DNA of 64,000 nucleotides from Catajapyx aquilonaris (Eukaryota): NCBI GenBank assembly GCA_000934665.2, contig JYFJ02001139.1, positions 1 to 64,000 of the forward strand, read 5' to 3'. Shown piece by piece: positions 53,902 to 64,000 of this stretch (position 1 is its first letter; each line of letters starts with the position of its first letter). The notes under the pieces were generated by a model. It saw only the letters and a program-made list of their open reading frames with translations, ran no database searches and was not told where the DNA came from. The position numbers and the translations under genes were made by a program.

Positions 53902-56900
53902 TCACAGAGCTCCAGATTGATACAGATTCCGTATATGCTGGCGGGACATCTTCCCTGCCACGGACCTGGGGATGTCCTCCAGGAAGGCCACACCGCCCCT
54001 CAGCTGCATGTACGACGCCACTCGAGCTGAAACATATGCCAACAGCAAATATATAGTTATGGACATCACGTCGAAGACAATGCACTGACCATGCACGAAC
54101 TCCATGATGGCCTGCTGGTCCAATGATGTGGATGACTCCGTCTTCTTGATAAAAGCCCTTGGTATCCTGTCGCCACCGTCTGGATCCGGTATGCCGATGA
54201 CACAAGCCTCGACCACGTCAGGGTGACTCATTATCACATCCTCAAGTTCCACGGGGGATATCTGCACGGAAATAATTGTTGTAGACATTGATTGATGACA
54301 TATGTGTACCGTACGTAGCCTACGTGGTAGCTCCAGTACTTGAAGCTCTCGCTGATTCGGTCCAAACAGAACAAGAATCCTTTGGTGTCGTAGTAACCGT
54401 AGTCACCGGTCACGAGCCATCCGTCGCGGTAGGTCTTGGCATCGGCCTGGAAGTACCGTCTGAATACTGGTGCAACACAGGTATAGAGTGTTGGACATAT
54501 CGCCAGGGAGCATATATATACTACCAAGATACTACATACGAGGCTCAAACTTCTGTCGGCGCCTTTGATGTTCGCGTCTCTCTGTTTGGGGTCATTGCCA
54601 AGGCTGGCGGCCATTTTGAAGTGTGGGGAACGCCAACGAGGTATAAATAGGGTGTAGGCAAAAATAGGGTCCGCCATCTTTGATGGTTTTGGCGGCCATG
54701 GCAACTTACATGCCAAGAGCACGCGCGAATCAAAGATGGCGAACCCTATTTTTGCCTGTACCCTATATTTATACCTCGTTGGCGTTCCCCACACTTCAAA
54801 ATGGCCGCCAGCCTTGGCAACGCCCCAAACAGAGAGACGCGGAAATCGAATGTTTGCGCCTCTTACGTAGGATATGCTCCCTGATATCGCGTCATACTGC
54901 TAGCGACATTTTCCGGTGCGGCAGACGTGCAAATCGACTGCGAACCGTGCGAATCAGAAGAGGTAGGCCTTGGGTGACGTCACTGGCTGGGGAGCAATGG
55001 AGAAAAGGCTTGTCCCCCAGCCGGTGACGTCACCCAAGGCCTACCACTTCTGATTCGCACGGTTCGCAGTCGCTTTGCACGTCTGCCGCTTCCGAAAATG
55101 TCGCTAGCAGTACGACGCGATTATAATGTCCAACAATGCTTACCTGAGGATTCTTGTAGTAGTTGGCCATGTTCATAGGTCCTTTGACTAATATGACTCC
55201 GTTCTGGTTGGCACCTAGTGTTTCGCCCGTTTCGGTGCATACGATCTGATGGAATCGGACAGCACATGTTACATGGGTACGGTACTGATTGTGACTCTGA
55301 TACGTACCTTAATCTTGACACCTGGTACGACCAATCCTGAACTAAGTTCGGGGGTACCTGAAAGACATGTTTCAGCATTGATTCTTCGTAGGTACTGATA
55401 CACTGTTGCCATACGGTACCTTCGTACTTCATAGACTCTTCGTCACCTGATGCCATTGGATTTACAGTGCATGTGATAAAAAATGCTTCAGTCAATCCGT
55501 ACGCCTGAAAAGATGTTAGTTAACAATCTGGGTTGTTCCACACTAAGACAATAGCGTACCTGATGAAGTTGTGTTAAGCTTGGGTATGCCTTCTTCAGTG
55601 ACATGTTAATTGCGTCTGTAAACGGAGAACCGGCGGTCAAAATACATCTGACTGAAGATAAGTCGTAGGTCTTGGGACAGGAGTTGGCCCACAACAATGT
55701 GGTGGAGAACCCGAAGAGAACGGACGGCTGAAATAATTGCATGTAATGCCGTGTCTTTATACGTGAAGGGGTACGTACTTTGTGCTCATGAATTCCTCGA
55801 AAAAATATGTCCGGTGTGCAGTCAGACATGAGTAAAATTTCGACACCACGGGTCATCATAATGGCGCCCAGGACAGAACCTCCCATGTGGAAGATCCGGA
55901 TGGTCAGCAGAACTCTTTTGTTAGTCACTTTTGGAAAGCTGTAATAAGCAAACGATGTTATATGCACCGTACTGTCTTCAGTGGTTGTTATCATTACACC
56001 CATTTTTCCATAGCTAGAAAGGTCAGCAGGCGTCTATGTGTGACCGTAGCTCCTTTGCTTGGACCTGTGGTTCCTCCAGTGCAGAGGACAGCCAGGATGT
56101 CCTCAGGGTCTATGCTGACCTTCTCGGGGAAAGCTGTCCCATCATCCTGATAAAGACTGTCCACATGGACACACCCATCCAACTGGTCGAAGCAGAAGAC
56201 CACGACCTTCCATTCCAGCTGCCTGCAAACTGAGGTCACCGATGGAGCAGTCGAAGCATCGCACAGGACAAAACGACACTCGGATTCTACCATCCTCTTC
56301 AGCAGCGTCTCTGTGTATATAGGAAACATTCTGTGAACACCATAAGTTGTGACAGTACCCATACCACCTTCAGTGTCTGCAGGGTACGACGGACGTATGA
56401 TTCCGTTGACTCTCCACACTCCCAACAGGATCGGGTATATCTTGCAACAGTTTGAAGTCACATAGACCATCGTGTCTCTTGACTCGAATCCTCGTCTGGT
56501 CAAACCGCTGGACACTCTCCTGGACATCGGCTCCAATTCCGAGTACAGAAGAGTCCCTCCAGTGCTTATGTCACGCTGAAATTACGTGACTTATGTTATA
56601 TCATTTTTATTGCACGGTGTACGTATAGGTCTGGCTACATTTTGTATAATTATATTCCATGGTCTTGTCAATTTGATGAACTGACATTTGGATGTAACAT
56701 GTTTTCGGATGTAAATTAATTGCGTCAGAGCCACGTACACTTACGTAACTTGCTACATGTTGTAATATGTGGCTCCTTTCCTTAATATTCCATATTTTAA
56801 TAAATTTTTCTGTGCATATTATGCAACTATTTTGGACTATAAAAAGGGGATGTCGACTGACCAAAAGCACTCTAGGTCTACCCTATAAGAAGCTACAAGA

Positions 56901-57511
56901 CACGGTACAGCACATAAGAAGCCATGAAGGTAGTTGTTGCCCTCCTCTTGATATCACTTGTAGCAGTGTGCTACTCTGAGGAGTACACCACTGTAGCAGC
57001 AGGAAGCGTAATAGGTAAGGTGCTCATATGATGTGTATATAACGTAATTGTAATTATTATATTTTTTGTCGACAGAGGGTGAATCTGCAATAGACGAGTC
57101 TGAAACCTACCAAGGAGTAAAACAATTCCAAGATGAGAATGGAGTTTGCTTCCATTGCTTGTGCAAGTACACCACGGTTGGGCAGAAGACTGTGTACCAG
57201 GTGTGCTACAGAGCCGAATGCACTTACGACACTACACCACAGGCAATAATCTAGGTGACCACGAAGACAACCGGACAATGTGCAACCGACTTTGAATAAA
57301 TCATAATATTACACAGCATAATTGTACGTGTCCATTATTCTGTCTTAGGTACACTCAGATAAATTGCTTTACCATCAGTATAACTTACCACACACACGCC
57401 ATCACCATTCTGCTTCAGATGCGTGTCCACTTTACCCAGAAGGTAATCCGGGACAGGACAATTCGGGACAGGCTTATACTCCGAGTCATACTGTGATCCG
57501 ATTTCCCCCAT
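53902..57511 (-). CDS. Luciferase/4-coumarate-CoA-ligase-like acyl-CoA synthetase (ANL superfamily)
   Basis: P-loop TGGTTGPSKG; FHMGG; AYGLTE; GWLVTGDYGYYD; ISPVELEDVIMSHPDV; IPRSVAGK. Exon 1 is 57389-57511 and intron 1 is 56576-57388. Confidence 0.92.
54485..55138. mobile_element. Family B palindromic MITE interrupted by a 380-bp hAT-like palindromic element (54504-54883)
   Basis: Inner cagggagcatat...atatgctccctg is flanked by the duplication atatcgc (54497-54503 and 54884-54890). Removing it restores the family B left end. Confidence 0.85.
56924..57254 (+). CDS. Nested antisense gene: 89-aa secreted Cys-rich peptide
   Basis: TATAAAA at 56838; exons 56924-57014 and 57076-57254 (phase-1 GT-AG intron); AATAAA at 57295. 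MKVVVALLLISLVAVCYSEEYTTVAAGSVIEGESAIDESETYQGVKQFQDENGVCFHCLCKYTTVGQKTVYQVCYRAECTYDTTPQAII*. Confidence 0.85.
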
Positions 57512-57694
57512 GTTCTTAACTCAAATTGTAAAATGCTTCCTTGTAGAACTCTGAGGACATCCAAAAGGTCATGGCTGATAAGAGGTCATCGCTACCAAGT
57601 TATCTAATCTGAATTAGTTCAAGTGACATTTGCACTATTGTGACTACAGCAAATTTCACAACACGAATTACCCACTGTGACCCACATTGCGCGC

Positions 57695-57782
57695 GTGCAC
57701 GTTAAAGATCCCCAGAGTGGCCAAATTTCCTCGCGTCGCTGTGTTGAGCCTAGGGGCAGACATAGGCCGACGTTAAGCCCCC
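57695..57782 (+). mobile_element. Possible MetaSINE/Ruka-like SINE core fragment
   Basis: gtgcacgttaaagatccccagagtggccaaatttcc...gacgttaagcccc resembles the recalled Meta-domain consensus. No tRNA head is seen. Confidence 0.45.
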
Positions 57783-58065
57783 GCTAAAGTGACCCTCATG
57801 TAACAACGCACGCATTAATTAACATTATTAATTAATTTGAATAAATAGCCGCTTTTTCGTTCAACTTAACCGCTACAGTGCGATAGCTGCTTGTTTAGTA
57901 GCTGCTATGCTTCATCCTGCCCGACCGTTCCGGCCGCCATCTTTGATCAATCGAACTGTCAAAAATAAATGTGGAAAAAACGGTGGTGATGAAATAATGT
58001 CGTTTTAATTGAAGGAGCGGGGCACCGCTGACCTCCGACCCCTGACCCGGGGCTGACTTGGAAGG

Positions 58066-61000
58066 ATGAGGGCCGTGCCTACCTGGGTGGACAAGGTGCA
58101 CGATCGGGACAAGGCGGAACAGTGGTGAGAGGCACAGCTGACCTTCATTTTTAGAGTCATTAATAACTTGATTGTTGGTCTTGAATAATTGTTGTGGTTT
58201 TCAGTATTTACGACCTGTGCTTCAAGCCCGATGGGACGCAGCTGGTGGTGGCAGCCGGACAGAGGGTGCTGGTGTACGACCCGAGCGACGGATCCTTGCT
58301 GCAGCCCCTCAAAGGTTACGCTCGTGATAGAACATGCGGAGAGGGCAACGACTTAACCAATTGAATTTGCAGGTCACAAGGATAATGTGCATTGCGTGAG
58401 TTATGCCAAGGATGGCAAACGCTTCGCATCGGGAAGTGCAGACAAGAGCGTGATAATATGGACAGCCAAACTGGAGGGCATCTTAAAATATTCGTGAGTC
58501 ACGTAAAAAATGATGCGGTTTAAAAAAATACTATTTCACCTTCCATTTGTAGGCACAATGACGCTATCCAGTGCATGGCGTACAATCCGGTGTCTCACCA
58601 ACTGGCCAGTTGCGCCATGTCCGACTTTGGCCTGTGGTCACCTGAGCAGAAATCTGTTCAGAAACACAAAGTGCCTGCTAGGGTCAACTGCTGCGATTGG
58701 ACGAATGATGGGCAGTTTCTAGCCCTTGGAATGCACAACGGAGCTGTGTCCATCCGGAGTAAAGTAAGATGTAATCCGCTAACGTGTGTGTAGCGAATTA
58801 GGGCACACTGTCACTTGTTAGTAGAGAATACTGCCAGTTGTCCATTTCCTTTTAATTTCAATGTGATGAATAGTTAGCATAAGTGCATCGCTTCAGGACA
58901 AAATGGTCTTTACGAATAGTTCTCAGTAAGCTACAATGCATCGTAAGCAGTGACACGAACATAACTTGTGTAGTTAGAGTGTCATGCCTCTCTGGGCAAT
59001 GTATGAGTGACGTCTAGTTGCAGTTGGGCGAGGAAAAGGTGAGAATCGATAGGCCTGGTGGAAGCTCTGCAGCTGTGTGGGCCCTCTCATGGTGTCCGCC
59101 AAATCCTGGAGCCAAGGATGAATCAGATGTGCTGTGCATCACGGACTGGGGACAGACTCTCTCTTTCTACACACTGGCAGGAAGGGCTGTAAGTCACTTA
59201 TGGATTACTCGTGTTGGTTTGATGTGCGTTGCATGACCTTCCATCTCTCTTGAAATCAATAGTTGGGCAAAGAGCGCATTCTGGGCTTCGATCCCTGCTG
59301 CTTGAGTCACTTCAGCAAGGGAGAGTACCTGATACTGGGAGGATCCAACAAGTCAGCCCTCCTGTACACCAAAGAGGGGATTCGTCTGGGTGTCATTGGG
59401 GAGCAGAACTCGTGGGTGTGGTGTTGTGCAGCACATCCTGATTCAAACTTTGTGGTACGTGGGACATCTCTCACTTAATCCCTGTTGGAAGTAACTGGGC
59501 TGTGTGTTTCAGGTGATTGGATGCAACGATGGCACAATCGCTTATTACCAGCTGATGTTCAGCACCGTCCATGGTTTGTACAAGGAAAGATACGCCTACA
59601 GGTATTTACAAAACTGAATGGTCCGTTATTCACATCTAACAACTTCGTTTCACCAGGGAAAACATGACCGATGTAATAATCCAGCACCTGCTGACGGAAC
59701 AGAAGGTTCGGATCAAATGTCGGGATCTGGTGAAGAAAATAGCCATTTACAAGCACCGCCTGGCAGTTCAGCTCCCGGAACGCATAGTCATATACGAGCT
59801 GTACTCTGGCGACTCAGCAGACATGCACTACAGGGTGAAGGAGAAGATCAACCAGAAGCTGGACTGCAACTTGCTGGTTGTCTGCACGGACCATCTGGTC
59901 CTCTGCCAGGAGAGGCGTCTGCAGTGCCTCTCCCTGCAGGGCGTCCGCCAGAAGGAGTGGCTCATGGACTCACTCATCAGGTACATCAAAGTGGTCGGAG
60001 GGCCGTCCGGAAAGGAAGGATTGCTGCTGGGACTTAAGAGCGGACAGGTCGGGGTGGTATCTTTTGCTCTCAAACATCACAGACTGTTCCAGCACAATTT
60101 CAACCCAATTGCCCATTTGCTTATTTTTATGATTTACTTATGTTGCTGTTTTCATGGAAATGTTGCACTTTAGGTTGATCAGATGTGGTTTTTGATGGCC
60201 AACTCAGCAATTGACGGTGCTTCCTCTTCGTGCCGTAGGGGGTACAGTGTTATTTTTTGTTTGTTTCATTTGGCGTCATTTTCACTTAACATCTATATTG
60301 CTCTATATTTTTGTTTATACTGTATACTTTGTACATTGTATGTTTATGTATTTGTATGTGTATGTGTTCATATCACCGATTTCATCATCACCAAACTCAT
60401 TATATCTTTTGCGTGGCCTGACCAGTCACCGGAAGATTCATTGTAATGGTCATACGAGACGGCTAGGCAGAAACTAGTCGTCGCTGGCTACCCCAGTTAT
60501 GGGATTATGCCGTGATGTATGTATGTATGTATGTATATAACTATTCCTATAAACCTGTTACATATTTGCTTGTCAGGCATTTCACTTGTCATACTTGCAA
60601 TGATTTGCTTATTTGTATTATTAATACAGTGCGGAAAACGAAAGGACGATCTGCCGTCATCGTTTCTTCCGTTGTTGCTTTCTGTTGGCACTGTTTACTC
60701 ATATTGTTCTGTGAGTGTATGTCCATGGAAACCTTGATGACGTCAGATCGTTATGTAGTTTTCCGCACTTTAGTTCTTTACTTAAATATTTTGCTTGAGT
60801 TATTGCTTGGTGATGGATGGGTTTTTGTTTTCCTGTATAGCATGACATGCATGTCTTTCATGTTACTGGTCCTCGTCTCATTGTGTTTTTATTGGCTAAA
60901 TTGTTTTTCTAACTACTTGTGTCTGAAATAATCCAACTAGGTCTTGAAGATCTTCATTGACAACCCATTCCACGTGCCTGTTCTGAAAGTGTCCTCTGCC

Positions 61001-64000
61001 ATCCGCTGCCTCGACCTGAGCTGTTCTCGAAGGAAGCTAGCCGTAGTGGACGAGCACAACACCTGCCTGGTTTATGATCTCAATACCAAGGAGCTGATGT
61101 ACCAGGTGAAATGTTGCGGCAGAAATAGAGGGCTTCTCACGTATGTCGTTATAATTAGGAGAAATTTCTGTTTGGTATTCCAGGAGCCTAATGCAAACAG
61201 CGTGGCCTGGAACACCAGCTGTGAAGACATGCTGTGCTTCTCAGGCAACAACATGCTCAGCATCAAGGCCGGAAACTTTCCAGTGCACCAGCAAAAGCTT
61301 CTGGTATGTAATTTCACTCCCATTACCTGCATTATTCATGTCATGGTTGCGTATTTTAAAATTGATTTCATGGACTGGCATTTGTTACAGGGGTTTGTGG
61401 TAGGCTTCTGTGGTTCCAAGATATTCTGCCTGCACGTGTACAGCATGTCCACGATTGAAGTGCCATTGTCGACACCCATGTACCAATACTTGGACTCCAA
61501 CATGTACAAGTAAGTCGACTGAATTCCATTTTTCCGGTAGAGCTGGTGTTTTATAAAGATTCGGTTTGACAGGGAAGCATACAACGTGGCATGCTTGGGA
61601 GTGACGGATGGGGATTGGGAGACGCTGGCCCATGATGCTCTGAGGGGACTGAGCCTGACTGTGGCTCGGAGGGCGTTTTCTCGAGTGAAGAAGCTGCCCT
61701 TTGTGGAGCTGCTTCAATCCCTGGAGGAAAAAAGGAGAAGAGGGGAGACTGATCCAGACAAGCTCCTTGGTGACGTTTACGCGTACCAGGGAAAGTTTTC
61801 TGAGGCTGCCAGGTAAGCAGGGAAGGATTAGTACAACTCGGGACTAGGTAGATTGACGTGCTTTAATTGCTAGGCTGTACAAGAAGACAGGCGACAATGA
61901 CAAGGCCCTTGGCATGTACACGGACCTTCGCATGTTCGACCACGCGCAGGAGTTCTTGGGAGGCAGTGGATCGGGCATTGACAAAGGGGACCACAAGCAG
62001 CTCCTGAAGAAGAAGGCAGAATGGGCTGCACACATAAACGAGCCCAGGGCAGCTGCGGATATGTACCTCTCAGCTGGCGAGGTCATCAAAGCCATTGAGA
62101 TTCTGGCTGACAATGGATGGGGTGAAGCCTTGGCTGAGGTGACACTACTTAACCTTGCAGTGAGCATCACCAGGGTGACATGAATTATGCTTTTAGGTTG
62201 GACGGAAATTGGACGATGGAGACCAAAAGGCCATGACCCTGTGCGCTAAATATCTGCAGCGCCTGGGCATGAAGTCGCAGGCAGTGGAGCTTCGAACCCG
62301 GCTGGGGGACATGGAGGGAGTGGTCCGGCTGCATGTGGAAGCCAAGGACTGGGCAGATGCTTTCGTCCTGGCTGAGAAGAACCCGTCTCTCAAGCGTGCG
62401 GTTTACGTGCCGTATGCGGAGTGGCTGGCAGAGAACGATAGATTTGTCGAGGCACAGGTTAGGCTACTATGTTAGTGACTTCCCATGCATGCATTGGGAG
62501 TTCGTTGGACAGTCCTTACAATCTCCAAGGCACATTTCATCAAAATGTGAAGATGTCTGAAGTGCAGCCAATTGGACAAGGATGTAACTCGCCTGAAATG
62601 CCATTTTCAGAAAGCCTTTCATGATGCGGGATGTCCCGAGGAGGCGTTTAGTGTGTTGGAGCAGCTGACAGTTAATGCGGTCACAGAATCACGATTCAAT
62701 GACGCAGGCTATTACTACTGGATGCTTTCCATGCAGTGCTTGGATTTAGCTCGGAACAAGTGGGTATTTTTGGGAGTATGCATTTCCATTGCGAATGAAA
62801 TTGTCACCGTGCTTGTTTTGCAGCGAGGCAACTCAGAAAGAGATGCTGGAAAAGTTCTACAAAAATCAGCAGCTAGCTGTCATGTATTATGCGTACCACA
62901 CAATTCATAGGTACACAGTAAGTATGCATTGTCCTGTAATTGAGTAATGTTGTTTCAAGCCCTGGTCATACACCAACGGAACAAATCAGTTTAAAACGGA
63001 AGTGGAATTATCACGGTTTGAGACTTTCAGGGTGTGATTTCTCCCAATGTTTTTAGGATGAGCCGTTCACAGCGTACATGCCGGAGGCACTGTTCAACAT
63101 ATCACGCTTCTTGTCCCACGAAATAGAGTCTTTGAAACCTCCAGGAATATCAAAGTTGTATCCTTTTGTCTGAAAAATGTGCCAATTTCTCGTAGTTTCT
63201 ATCCCTGCAACCTGATGTCCATTTGACCCTTAACTCGCCTGCTAAACAGCAACATCCTGTATGCCTTGGCAAAGCAGTCACGCACACTGGGAGCATACAA
63301 ACTCTGTCGCCAGACGCTGGATAAGATACACAAGTTGCGGATTCCACGAAGATTTCAGGTACGTGTGACGATGTATGAGGTGTGCCGCCTTTCCTGCAAT
63401 ATGTACAGGCACTATGTAACACTAAGCTCATGAACGCTAAGAGTACATGCGAGAGTTTTTTGATTTTCAGGATAATGTGGACCTGGCTACCTTGTCCATT
63501 CGATCCAAACCGTTCACGGACAGCCTGGACCTGCTGCCGATGTGCTACCGATGCTCCTCAACCGTTCCCTTGCAAGGTCAGCATCAATGTTGTCATTTCC
63601 TCACGCACAGAAATCACTATTTGTCAGCCAACTGACTGGTGCCTTCATGTTTCAGGCAAGGGTAACGAGTGCAACAATTGCGGCCAGCCCCTGGTGCACT
63701 CTTTCGTGTCATTTGAAGCCCTGCCCATGGTGGAGTTCATGATCGAAGACGGAATTAAGGACGAGGAGGCCCAGCGACTGATCGAGATGGCACCAGTCAG
63801 GCTTAAAAGGAAGGGGTCCGCAGACTCCACCGGGGGGATGGGTGGGCCTATGGATGGAGGCGGGGAGAGGCTGAGGCTGGACGGAGGCACAAATGGATTT
63901 GGCATGAACAACAGGCTCGGATGGGAAGGGATGAGCGACGGGACGACCGGCCCCGTGATCCTGAACAAAGAGGGTCTCTCCAAGCTGGAGCCCTCGGACA
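58066..64000 (+). CDS. IFT122: Intraflagellar transport protein 122; 3' end lies beyond the window
   Basis: [12 protein letters not shown]40 repeats; [82 protein letters not shown]-terminal CYRC...CNNC. Confidence 0.97.
63158..63249 (+). other. U12-type (minor spliceosome) GT-AG intron in IFT122
   Basis: 5' site GTATCCTTT; branch site CCTTAAC at 63228-63234; AG at 63248-63249. Splicing restores [15 protein letters not shown]. Confidence 0.9.

Overview
Compact, gene-dense eukaryotic DNA from an arthropod, probably a pancrustacean or hexapod; the species cannot be fixed from sequence alone. Most introns are GT-AG and 50-65 nt long. Genes in order: a GST C-terminal fragment, a six-exon odorant-binding-protein-like gene, a CYP2-clan P450, an ankyrin-repeat gene, MCM9, an NKCC-type SLC12 cotransporter, IER3IP1/Yos1, a Gly-rich secreted (cuticular-type) protein, chondroitin sulfate synthase, a coiled-coil gene head-to-head with a divergent PP1, a thioredoxin-domain membrane protein, a luciferase/4CL-like acyl-CoA ligase and IFT122, which runs off the window. 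Larger introns are filled with palindromic MITEs, nested insertions and a full-length V-SINE. The best leads are: (1) two 96-nt duplicated TM2 exons in NKCC that parallel the mammalian NKCC2 A/B/F cassettes, with candidate competing RNA pairings; (2) an antisense gene for a small Cys-rich secreted peptide nested in the ligase intron; (3) an 8-Cys OBP-like protein missed by the ORF track; (4) a U12-type intron in IFT122; (5) a MITE family that forms foldbacks and tandem arrays. Exon structures were assembled by eye and no database search was possible.
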